A DNA stretch of 64,000 nucleotides from a bacterium (GTDB taxonomy: Bacteria; SZUA-182; DTGQ01; JAFGSM01). Below, one piece after another: positions 1 to 8,514 of this stretch. The notes under the pieces were generated by a model. It worked only from the letters and a program-made list of their open reading frames with translations. It was not told where the DNA came from and ran no database searches. The position numbers and the translations under genes were made by a program. The stretch is taken from contig JBLIRN010000001.1 in assembly GCA_049472315.1 (NCBI GenBank), forward strand, positions 64,001 to 128,000, given 5' to 3'. The first letter of the stretch is position 1. Every line of letters begins with the position of its first letter.

Positions 1-208
1 GAATCTGCCAGAACTCTGACACGATCTCTTGGAGAAATGTATAAAATTTAACTGGTCATTGTCCGTGTATTACATTTTTTAATGTTTGTTGACTTATATT
101 GCTATAATATATAATAAAATATGGAAAATCAAGAAAAAATAAACCAAGGTTCCGCAGTAAGAGACGCCGGCAGAGGCCGCCCACCGTGCTCACTCAGGTA
201 GAGGTATA

Positions 209-3200
209 ATGGAGAACATACTCTTTTTTGACCTGGAGATATCGGAAACCAGGAAAACGATAAAGGAAATCGGTGCCGTATACAGGGGGGATGATTTTCG
301 AAGCCCGTCATTTCAGAAATTCAGGGAATTTTCCCATGATGCCCGTTTCATATGCGGTCACAATATCTTTGCCCATGACCTGCACTATCTGAACAAGGCA
401 TACATGGAAATGGATCTGTTCAAAAAAGACATTATTGACACACTGTTTTTTTCGGCCCTTCTTTTCCCTGAAAGGCCATACCATCATTTGGTCAAGGACT
501 ATAGGCTGGTAACGGAATTCGTTAATGATCCCGTGGCCGATGCCAAGATTGCATCGAGGCTCCTCGGAGATCTGGTAAAGAGATTCCGTGAATTGCCCCG
601 TGATCTTAAGTTTGTGTATTACAATCTGCTCGACGGCCAAAGGGAATTCAAGGGCTTCTTTAAGCTATTCAAGCAGGCGGACCTGCCCGGAAGGATGAAG
701 CCGGACAGCTTGGCCGGATTCATTGTAGAAAACTTCAAAAAAAGTCTCTGCATACATTCAGATATAGCAGCCTTAATAACACGAGAGCCGGTTGAGTTTT
801 GTTATGCCATGGCCCTGATAAACACCATTGATGAACGCTCAGTGACCCCTCCCTGGCTGCTCTATCGTTTCCCGAAGATAAACGAGGTGCTCTACAAGCT
901 AAGGCTCATACGTTGTGATATGGAGGGATGTCTCTATTGCAATGAGTTTCTCTCCCCTCTCAACGCCTTAAAAGGCCTTTTTGGTTTTTTTGAATTCAGG
1001 AGTTTCGATGGCGATGCAGGCCGGCCCCTGCAGGAACTGGTTGTTGAGGCCGCATTGGCTAAAGAGTCCCTGCTTGCGGTTTTTCCTACAGGCGGCGGAA
1101 AATCCCTGGCATTTCAGTTACCGGCGCTGATGATGGGAAGGGCGGACCGTTCGCTCACGGTGGTTATTTCGCCCCTCCAGTCCCTGATGAAGGACCAGGT
1201 GGATGTCCTGGAGAAAAGGTATGATATCGTGGATGCGGTGGCGATTAGCGGGCTGCTTTCCCCTCTGGAGAGGAGTCAGGCAATTGAACGGGTACGCGAG
1301 GGAGGGGCGGGTATATTGTATATCTCACCGGAGTCCTTGCGCTCCAATACAATATTAAACCTCTTAAAGGGACGTTCCATAAACCGCTTTGTCATAGATG
1401 AGGCACACTGTTTTTCTTCCTGGGGACAGGACTTCAGGGTGGATTATCTCTATATTGCCGATTTCATAGCAAAACTCCAAAGGGAGAAGGGGCTTTCTCA
1501 ACCAATCCCGGTTTCGTGCTTTACAGCTACGGCAAAACCCGCTGTGATCAATGATATCCTCACCTATTTTAAGAAGAAGCTGGGTTTGGACCTCCGCCTG
1601 TTTAAGACCGATGCAAAGAGGAAAAATCTCCACTATCATGTTTATGAGGTGCATGACAAGCGATCAAAATACGATACGTTGAAGGCATTGCTCCAGGAAG
1701 AGGAGGGCTTTGTCATTATTTACGTTTCCCGTGTTAAAACAGCAGAAGCCCTTGCGGAATCCCTGTCAAGGGATGGCTTCAACGCATTGCCGTATCATGG
1801 CAAGATGCCCCGTGACAAGAAGATTGAAACACAGTCAAGGTTTATGGAGGGAGGGGTCCGCATCATTGTCGCTACCTCGGCATTCGGTATGGGCGTGGAT
1901 AAGGATAATGTGTCAATGGTGATCCATTATGATATCTCTGATTCCCTCGAGAATTATATACAGGAGTCAGGGCGCGCGGGCAGAAGGTCCGAAATGGATG
2001 CAGGGTGTTATATACTCTATGACAAGAATGACCTGAATAGGCATTTTGAGCTGCTCAATCTCGGCAAGATGAATCATAAACAGATTGCCCAAATCTGGCG
2101 GGCGATCAAAGACTTCAAACGTTTGCGCTTCAATAAATCCTCCCTGGAGATTGCCAAGGCCGCTGGTTGGGACATCGAACTGGCTGAGCTGGAAACCAGG
2201 GTGAAGCTGGCAATCGCCGCCTTGGAGGATTGCGGATATGTGAGGCGGGGACAGGATTCGCCTAAGGTTTTTGCAACCGGGATAAGGGTAAGGAATGTGC
2301 AGGAAGCCAATGAGAAAATCAGGCTGAATGCATCCAGATTCAGTGAGGAAGAGATGGGCCATGCGATCCGGATCTTTCAATTCCTCATATCGCGGGAAGA
2401 GGCCAGGGTGGATTATATGGCTGATGTCCTGGGCATAGAAAGGGATACCGTTGCCAGGATACTCAATATATTCAAAGAGATTGAATTGATAGGCGACACA
2501 AGGGACATGACCGCATTTATCGATATTTCGCAGGGAAAGGGTAATGCCCTTCATGTGTTGGGGAATTACGCGGAGTTAGAGAAAAGAATGGCCTCTTTGC
2601 TTTATCCTGATGAAGAACACAAAATGCGGAAGGTATATCTAAAAGAGATCAATGAGCACATGGTGAAGGAGGGCATCTCCGATTGCTCGATAAGCTTGAT
2701 ACGGGACATCCTTCGATACTGGGAACTGAGGCAGTATAGAAAAAAGAAACGTATAGAGGCGCACACATGGCTGTATGAAATGACGTTCAGGTGTGATCGT
2801 GACAAATTTGTCAAAGAGATGCACCAGCGCCTCGATTTAACCGCTCAGGTGATGAACATCGTATTCAAGTATGCCCGGTCAGCGGCAGGGCGGGAAGAAC
2901 AAGAGAGGAAAAGTGTCCCTTTTGAATTCTCGATGACTGGGTTAAAAAAGGACACGGAATGCTCCGGCCTGTTTACTAAAAAGCTGCCAATAGGGGATTA
3001 CGAAGATGTCCTCCTCTATTTAAACACCATAGGCGCCCTTAAGCTGGAAAGGGGGCTGCTCATCTGTTACAGACCTATGACGATAGAAAGGGTGGAGAAG
3101 AACAGCCGCAGGCACTATTCAAAACAGGAATACAAGAATCTGGAGGATTTTTACCGGAACAAGGTGGAACAGATCCATATAGTCGGTGAATACGCCAAAA

Positions 3201-5041
3201 TGAAGCTGAAGGATCATGAGGGGGCGATCCGTTTTATCGATGATTATTTCTCCATGCCCTATTCCGATTTTATAAAGAAATACTTCCCAGGGCGCAAGGG
3301 TGAAATCCGGCATCCCATTACCGAGGAAAGATTCAAAATGCTTTTCAGCGCCCTTTCCCTGGAGCAGATGCAAATTATCAAGGATAATTCCCACAAAAGG
3401 ATCTTGGTGGCGGCAGGACCGGGCAGCGGAAAGACCCGTGTATTGGTCCATAAGGTTGCCTCCCTGTTGCTGCTGGAGGATGTCAAACCCGAACAATTTT
3501 TGATGCTGACATTTTCCCGCCCCGCTGCCATGGAATTTAAAGAAAGGTTATACAAACTGATAGAAAACACGGCATATTATATAGATATCGCCACATACCA
3601 CTCCTATGCCTTTAACCTTTTGGGAAGGATAGGCAGTCTGGAGGAATCCCGGAGCGTTATACAGCGCGCCACCGAGGCCATTGATAAGAAAGAGGTTTCC
3701 CTTGAACGTCTGCTTAACAAAAGTGTCATTGTCGTGGATGAATATCAGGATATCAGCTCCGAGGAATATGCCTTTTTGAACGCCATCATAGCCGCGGCTC
3801 AAGAATTGAGGGTGGTGGTGGTTGGCGATGATGACCAGAATATATATGAATTCCGAGGCTCATCAGTCAAGTACATGAGGTCGTTTATCAAGGACCAGGA
3901 TGCGGTGATGTATTTCCTTGGCAGGAATTACCGCTCCCGTAAAAACCTTGTCGATTTTGCAAACCTTTTTCTCAATTTCCTTCCGGACAACAGGATAAAA
4001 AAGGGGCACTCCATCGTTTCCGATTCCAAGGAAAACGGGGAGATAAAACTGGTCAAATATGGGTCCACAAACCTTGTCGCCCCCCTGGTAAAGGATATAT
4101 GGGAATCCGCCCTTATAGGCACGACCGCTGTCTTAACGCGCACCAATGAAGAGGCATTGTTGGCGGAAAACCTGCTCAACCAGGAAGGGGCGCCTGCACG
4201 GCTTATTTCCGCACGGAAGGGATTCGCATTGGGGGACCTTCTGGAGATAAGGGGTTTTGATCATTATATTGGACAATACAGGGGTGATCAATTGGGCCTG
4301 ATTTTAGAACAGGACTGGAATTCCGCCAGGGAAAAGACCATGGAACGGTTCAGGAATTCCACCAATCTGGATCTCGCATTGAAGGTAATCGACCATTTCA
4401 AGAATACAAATCCAAGGATATTTTTGTCTGAATGGAACAGTTACCTGTATGAGATAAAAATAGAGGATTTTTATTTTCCCGAAAAGGACATCATCATGGT
4501 CTCCACGATGCACAAGGCAAAGGGGAAGGAATTCGACAACGTGTATCTTTTGCTCGCTAATTGCCCGTTCCATAAAACCGAGGATAAGCGCGTGGTATAT
4601 ATGGCGATAACCCGCGCCAAAAGCAATCTCGTCATCCATACAAACTCCTCATATTTCGATTCCTTCGATGTTGAATGTATGAACAAGGAAAGGGATGCAT
4701 CGCATTATGAAGCGCCCCAAAGGATTATACTTCAGTGCAGCATGGAGGATGTATGGTTGGGCTATTTTAAAAACAGCGCGGTTATAAGAAATATAAACAA
4801 ACTGACGGCAGGGGACAAGCTGGCGGTCTCTACTGATGAGCAGTTTACATTCGTCAATGAATCGGGAAACCCCATACTGAAATTGTCAACGGGTTTCAAG
4901 GAAAAGATCAGTACCCTGTTTGAAAAGGGATATCATATAGCCAGTGTCAATGCCGGTTATATCATAGTATGGAGGGATAAAGAGGATCGGAAAAACTATC
5001 GCGTCGTGCTCCCCGATATAGTTCTTAAAAGGGAAAAATGA
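209..5041 (+). CDS. Large fusion: N-terminal DEDD-exonuclease-like domain + RecQ-family SF2 helicase + UvrD/Rep-like SF1 helicase (1610 aa)
   Basis: N-terminal FFDLE..IGAV, GHNI..HD and IDTL motifs; RecQ motifs PTGGGKS, SPLQSLMKDQV, IDEAHCFSSWGQDFR, ATSAFGMGVDK, QESGRAGR; UvrD motifs AGPGSGKT, VDEYQD, VGDDDQNIY, NYRS, TMHKAKGKEFD, YMAITRA. Confidence 0.85.
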   Translation: MENILFFDLEISETRKTIKEIGAVYRGDDFRSPSFQKFREFSHDARFICGHNIFAHDLHYLNKAYMEMDLFKKDIIDTLFFSALLFPERPYHHLVKDYRLVTEFVNDPVADAKIASRLLGDLVKRFRELPRDLKFVYYNLLDGQREFKGFFKLFKQADLPGRMKPDSLAGFIVENFKKSLCIHSDIAALITREPVEFCYAMALINTIDERSVTPPWLLYRFPKINEVLYKLRLIRCDMEGCLYCNEFLSPLNALKGLFGFFEFRSFDGDAGRPLQELVVEAALAKESLLAVFPTGGGKSLAFQLPALMMGRADRSLTVVISPLQSLMKDQVDVLEKRYDIVDAVAISGLLSPLERSQAIERVREGGAGILYISPESLRSNTILNLLKGRSINRFVIDEAHCFSSWGQDFRVDYLYIADFIAKLQREKGLSQPIPVSCFTATAKPAVINDILTYFKKKLGLDLRLFKTDAKRKNLHYHVYEVHDKRSKYDTLKALLQEEEGFVIIYVSRVKTAEALAESLSRDGFNALPYHGKMPRDKKIETQSRFMEGGVRIIVATSAFGMGVDKDNVSMVIHYDISDSLENYIQESGRAGRRSEMDAGCYILYDKNDLNRHFELLNLGKMNHKQIAQIWRAIKDFKRLRFNKSSLEIAKAAGWDIELAELETRVKLAIAALEDCGYVRRGQDSPKVFATGIRVRNVQEANEKIRLNASRFSEEEMGHAIRIFQFLISREEARVDYMADVLGIERDTVARILNIFKEIELIGDTRDMTAFIDISQGKGNALHVLGNYAELEKRMASLLYPDEEHKMRKVYLKEINEHMVKEGISDCSISLIRDILRYWELRQYRKKKRIEAHTWLYEMTFRCDRDKFVKEMHQRLDLTAQVMNIVFKYARSAAGREEQERKSVPFEFSMTGLKKDTECSGLFTKKLPIGDYEDVLLYLNTIGALKLERGLLICYRPMTIERVEKNSRRHYSKQEYKNLEDFYRNKVEQIHIVGEYAKMKLKDHEGAIRFIDDYFSMPYSDFIKKYFPGRKGEIRHPITEERFKMLFSALSLEQMQIIKDNSHKRILVAAGPGSGKTRVLVHKVASLLLLEDVKPEQFLMLTFSRPAAMEFKERLYKLIENTAYYIDIATYHSYAFNLLGRIGSLEESRSVIQRATEAIDKKEVSLERLLNKSVIVVDEYQDISSEEYAFLNAIIAAAQELRVVVVGDDDQNIYEFRGSSVKYMRSFIKDQDAVMYFLGRNYRSRKNLVDFANLFLNFLPDNRIKKGHSIVSDSKENGEIKLVKYGSTNLVAPLVKDIWESALIGTTAVLTRTNEEALLAENLLNQEGAPARLISARKGFALGDLLEIRGFDHYIGQYRGDQLGLILEQDWNSAREKTMERFRNSTNLDLALKVIDHFKNTNPRIFLSEWNSYLYEIKIEDFYFPEKDIIMVSTMHKAKGKEFDNVYLLLANCPFHKTEDKRVVYMAITRAKSNLVIHTNSSYFDSFDVECMNKERDASHYEAPQRIILQCSMEDVWLGYFKNSAVIRNINKLTAGDKLAVSTDEQFTFVNESGNPILKLSTGFKEKISTLFEKGYHIASVNAGYIIVWRDKEDRKNYRVVLPDIVLKREK

Positions 5042-5067
5042 AATCAAGCTTCACTTGTATTTATTCC

Positions 5068-5163
5068 TTATTTCGGTGACCTGTCTGGTGATCCGACCAC
5101 CTGTACCCGATGAACAAAGGAGGTCGCAACGGCTTACCAGGTCGGCTCCAGCAAAAGTTCGGC
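5068..5163 (-). other. Degenerate terminal attC site (cassette 4)
   Basis: Minus strand GCCGAAC (R'') then GCTGGAGCCGAC (L'') just after the DUF2283 stop; complementary to GTTCGGC at 5679-5685; right arm poorly paired, no GTT core found. Confidence 0.6.
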
Positions 5164-5167
5164 TGTT

Positions 5168-5374
5168 TTATACTTTCTGCTTTACCATCTCTTGATATGA
5201 AAATTCCCATAAATCTGCATTTGATTTGGCATGTTCTATGGTAATACTTACTACATTTCCATCTTTATCAAGATCCACGTAGACATTTTCAGTAATTTCT
5301 TTTGTTTCAAATACTTTTTTATCAGTGAATTCTACATGTGCTGTATCTGTGTCTGGAAAATATTTAACCCTCAT
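5168..5374 (-). CDS. DUF2283-family small protein, putative antitoxin (cassette 4)
   Basis: 68 aa, M.V.Y.PDTD.A...F ... EI.ENV.VD.DKDG.VV.ITIE pattern; 3 bp from the upstream partner. Confidence 0.8.
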   Translation of the reverse strand: MRVKYFPDTDTAHVEFTDKKVFETKEITENVYVDLDKDGNVVSITIEHAKSNADLWEFSYQEMVKQKV

Positions 5375-5377
5375 TAT

Positions 5378-5614
5378 TTATTCCTCCTTATAAGCCCTAT
5401 CAAAAAAGGCATTATGAACTGTCTCACCGTCTTCTAGTAAAATTACTCGTAAATATCTATTGACTTCCGATATCTTAGCCCACTTTCTAATCCTTCCATC
5501 TGATTGTATTTCTGTTTTTGCTGGTTTATGTATTACAAATTTTATCCATTCGTTTTTAATCTGGGAACGATCCGGTCTTTTTCTAGTGTATTCAAAGTAT
5601 TTTGTTGTTTTCAT
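5378..5614 (-). CDS. DUF4258/RelE-like small protein, putative toxin (cassette 4)
   Basis: 78 aa, basic; Q.DGR.R.W ... RYLRVILLEDGETVHNAFFDR; paired with DUF2283. Confidence 0.7.
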   Translation of the reverse strand: MKTTKYFEYTRKRPDRSQIKNEWIKFVIHKPAKTEIQSDGRIRKWAKISEVNRYLRVILLEDGETVHNAFFDRAYKEE

Positions 5615-5678
5615 TGATTCAATATCCTATTGGACGAATTATTACATATTACTTAATACATATACAATAGCTATCGCC

Positions 5679-5775
5679 GCCGAACGTAGAGTTAAGCTGA
5701 CTGGCAGCCGGCGACAGCTTTGCGAAATAACCATGGCGTGCACGGAGCTGCCAGGGCAGCTTGAACGTCTTGGGC
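5679..5775 (-). other. attC site of cassette 3 (R'' box defective)
   Basis: Minus strand GCCCAAG-AC-GTTCAAGCTGCCCTGGCAGC...GCTGCCAGTCAGCTTAAC-TCTAC-GTTCGGC; L''/L' inverted repeat with the usual extrahelical base; starts 3 nt after the ORF stop. Confidence 0.85.
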
Positions 5776-5778
5776 GTT

Positions 5779-6264
5779 TTATTCAGATAAAACGCGGTAT
5801 GATAACTTTGCAAAAATGTCTTCATATTTCTCTTTGCTTATCTCTATTTTTAAATCATCTGCAATACATTCGAAACAGCTATCATGGAATAGAAAAAGAA
5901 AATGTCTACTATCCCATTCCCCTGAATCTGGAAATGAATAGCGATTTAGTCCAGCAAGTTCTCTAATCCATTTGCTGTTTATAACTTCATAAATACCATA
6001 AGATAAACCTTTTGTCCGTGGTATGCCAGCCCATGCTTCGTCATTTGGATATCCGAATTTAGTAATTTGGCAACCAATCAGTTCGACTATTGCAGTCCCA
6101 GCTTCCTCTTTATAATATCCACCGTCTGGGAATGGTTTATCAGTGTCTTTCATTGCATTGAACGTCAAAAACGTTGAATAGTCAGTTTGAAGAAGAACTG
6201 GACCAGAAATAGCTGCTTCAGGGGTTATCCCAAGGTCTAATTCAATTATTTTTTCTTTTTCCAT
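5779..6264 (-). CDS. Integron cassette 3 protein, unknown function (161 aa)
   Basis: AT-rich ORF filling the space between GTTGGGC (6272-6278) and the attC; motifs FGYPNDEA, YEV.NS.WI, HF.F.FHDS.FEC. Confidence 0.8.
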   Translation of the reverse strand: MEKEKIIELDLGITPEAAISGPVLLQTDYSTFLTFNAMKDTDKPFPDGGYYKEEAGTAIVELIGCQITKFGYPNDEAWAGIPRTKGLSYGIYEVINSKWIRELAGLNRYSFPDSGEWDSRHFLFLFHDSCFECIADDLKIEISKEKYEDIFAKLSYRVLSE

Positions 6265-6271
6265 AATTTAC

Positions 6272-7230
6272 GCCCAACGAACAGGCATCACCTGCCTTGC
6301 GAGCAATTAAGAAGGAGTGAGCATTTCACGGCCAGCTAAGCAAGGTCATGGTTCCGGGTAGGAGCCGGGGTTACCCCCGGCGCCCCCCACAGACCCGTAC
6401 GTGAGCAATTAACTCATACGGTTCCTCGACGCATGACATATTGCTGCCCATACTCGCAATTCATACAAGTTTCGTTGACGCAGTTTGTGAGCTCAAGGTC
6501 TCTCCTGGATTTCCCTTGCATGAACGTCATGCCCGGCTTCGCCTTCCCTTCAGTGGGTCCCTTGGGCCTCAGTTCCCCACCTTCCCGTCACCCTCTCTTT
6601 CAGTGACATCGGTACTATGGTCCGCTAAGACTGCCTCTGCCCTTCCCGGTCGGTTCGCTCATCGCTCCCTTCCGGTACCTTCCGCTCACGCTCTCTTCTT
6701 TGTGCCCCTCCCCCGGCTACCGCCAGGGTCAGCTCGCCAATAAGCAGGCGTGATTGCTTACTTGACGCCAGGGCTCTTGGTCTGCCGGTACCCCTTATCT
6801 TCCGGCGCTCTCCGCGAAAGGAGACAGGAGGCTCTCCCGAGTTCCCGGATTGCCCCTTTGAACACATGCCCCGTACTCAGACCCCGGTGGTATCCCTACA
6901 GCATTGCCATTGCGCTATAGGGACTGCTGCCTTCCGGTGCATGCACTCCGTCGGCTTTCACCGCTCATCGCGGCTTATCCTATTGACCACAACTATACAT
7001 ATTTCGGGGCTCAATCATGCGGCCTGTGCCCTTGCTTCCCCTCTGCTTCGCACACCACCTCTCAGTGATCGCACTTCGGTTCCGCTACAGGTCTGGTGGC
7101 TGGCCTTTGACCTGTCAGGACTTGCCCCCTATTCGAGGCTCACCCGCTGGGCAATAATGACGCATTTCAAGGATTATCTCCTATCCCAGCGTCCCGTGTT
7201 TAGCTCGGCGCGAGCATGCCGTTGTTCGGC
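6272..7230 (-). other. attC of cassette 2, split into 7214-7230 and 6272-6352 by a group II intron
   Basis: Joined halves read GCCGAAC-AACGGCATGC|ACCATGACCTTGC...GCAAGGCAGGTGATGCC-TGTTC-GTTGGGC, a 98-bp attC-type hairpin. Confidence 0.85.
6353..7213 (-). mobile_element. ORF-less group II intron (861 nt), probably bacterial class E-like
   Basis: Domain V GAACCGTATGAGTTAATTGCTCACGTACGGGTC (about 6392-6424) with AC bulge; domain VI GCCGGGGGTAACCCCGGCTCCTACCCGGA with branch A at -7; domain IV stem GCATGAC/GTCATGC (6431-6532) without an RT ORF; EBS1 GCATGC (6939-6944) complementary to the 5' exon end; GC-rich within an AT-rich array. Confidence 0.9.
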
Positions 7231-7890
7231 TTGAATTCCACTCCATTCAATGACTTCGTTGACCCATTCCAAATATGGTTTGTAAATCAAACCATGGCCT
7301 AAATCAGTTTCAGTAATAATGCTATGCCATTTGCTAATACCTGGTGATGTATCATAGTAAGCTTTAGGGGTGATAGGAAATTTATCTGCTTTATCATAAA
7401 TTGACAAGACCTCCCCCCAAAGTTGCATATTCTTATCTTTAATCAATGATTCAAATAAACCTGCTAATATTACATATTTAATTTTCTTGTTCTTAAGGAT
7501 ATTTGATACACGAGTTGCTATGATTCCTCCTTTGGAACCCCCAACAACTGTTATTTTTGATGAAGGAACACCTGCTTTCAGCAAATAATTTATCCAATCT
7601 GAAACTTTTTTAGCATATAGTTTAATATCTGTATTGTTTTCCCTGATTTCGCTAATAACTATAAAACCTTTATCTGAAAAGGTTTTAAGGATTTTATCAT
7701 ATTCATATTGTCCGTAATCAGGACTAATAGGATTGCCATTAGAGCCCTCAACTATGCGACCATGAAGATAAAATAAATAAAATCGATTAGGATTAGGCTC
7801 ATTCGGAGGTACATTTACAATTTCAGCAAAGGCGTTAACCGAAATAAACCATAATAATATCAAATATATAATTAAGTTTATTTTCTTCAT
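7174..7890 (-). CDS. Secreted alpha/beta-hydrolase-fold protein (cassette 2); 3' end runs into attC and intron
   Basis: Signal peptide ending AFA-E; YLHG, nucleophile elbow GGSKGG, C-terminal GHG. Confidence 0.75.
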   Translation of the reverse strand: MKKINLIIYLILLWFISVNAFAEIVNVPPNEPNPNRFYLFYLHGRIVEGSNGNPISPDYGQYEYDKILKTFSDKGFIVISEIRENNTDIKLYAKKVSDWINYLLKAGVPSSKITVVGGSKGGIIATRVSNILKNKKIKYVILAGLFESLIKDKNMQLWGEVLSIYDKADKFPITPKAYYDTSPGISKWHSIITETDLGHGLIYKPYLEWVNEVIEWSGIQAEQRHARAELNTGRWDRR

Positions 7891-7944
7891 TTAATGTAAA
7901 GGCTTATATTTTAGCTTAACACCAAAATATAGTTAGTCTTTTCA

Positions 7945-8027
7945 GCCGAACCCGCCTCACGACGGTTTACGTGGCTCTTCGCTTTTGTCGCCCAGCTCAG
8001 TGAGGTCGGGTTGATTGGAAGTTAGTT
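7945..8027 (-). other. Truncated attC of cassette 1
   Basis: Minus strand AACTAAC-TTCC-AATCAACCCGACCTCAC...GTGAGGCGG-GTTCGGC; R'' region TACAACTAAC complements GTTAGTTGTA at attI; next cassette joined at the GTT of L'. Confidence 0.75.
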
Positions 8028-8280
8028 GTAAATATTCATTTAACATTTTTAATAAGTTTTGGGCATCTTCATCTCTCATTAACCAACAATCCCAGTGACC
8101 ATATTTGCATTTATAGCCAAAAATATACTTAATGGCTACAAAGATTCTTTTAAAAACATTACGATATTGATTAAGAAAAACGGATGTATAAATTTCTTTG
8201 TCATTCTTATCTAATGTAAATCTTAAAGTATGCTCATCGGATCCACATTTGCATTCAAAATAATGTGATCCATCTAACAT
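7957..8280 (-). CDS. Integron cassette 1 protein, unknown function (107 aa, CxC-xxx-H motif)
   Basis: AT-rich ORF 25 nt after attI core, RBS GAGGG; reads through its own attC. Confidence 0.75.
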   Translation of the reverse strand: MLDGSHYFECKCGSDEHTLRFTLDKNDKEIYTSVFLNQYRNVFKRIFVAIKYIFGYKCKYGHWDCWLMRDEDAQNLLKMLNEYLQLTSNQPDLTELGDKSEEPRKPS

Positions 8281-8296
8281 TTTTCCCTCATTTCAA

Positions 8297-8335
8297 TACA
8301 ACTAACTTAGTAATTAGACGAGCATTTTTTCGCTA
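8297..8335 (-). other. attI site (crossover G^TTAGTT at 8306/8305)
   Basis: CGTCTAATTACTAAGTTAGTTG lies between first cassette and divergent intI; core complements the cassette-1 R'' box over 10 bp. Confidence 0.75.
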
Positions 8336-8514
8336 TTATTGGGTTATGCGAAAAAAATTCGTATAATCCATTTTGGAAACCAATTTGAAAAAATTTCAAA
8401 AATGGGATAAATATAGAATATCTTCATAGGATCTTTTCAACAATTCTACGCCACGGTTTTCCCTAATAAAATCGTATAATCCATAATTTTGCCTCCTAGT
8501 TTTAGATATCTTTA

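Noticed and set aside
209..5041. RecQ-UvrD gene as an integron cassette
   Set aside because: Opposite orientation, no flanking attC, lies beyond the degenerate last site
5460..5966. 168-aa plus-strand ORF across cassettes 3-4
   Set aside because: Antisense to two better-supported genes and spans an attC
6441..7234. ORFs 6441-6743, 6625-6867 and 6866-7234
   Set aside because: They lie in the intron ribozyme domains and have no RT or other motifs
8330..8385. dif/pdif site
   Set aside because: XerC-like arm (TTCGTATAA) present but no XerD arm TTATGTTAAAT at 6-bp spacing
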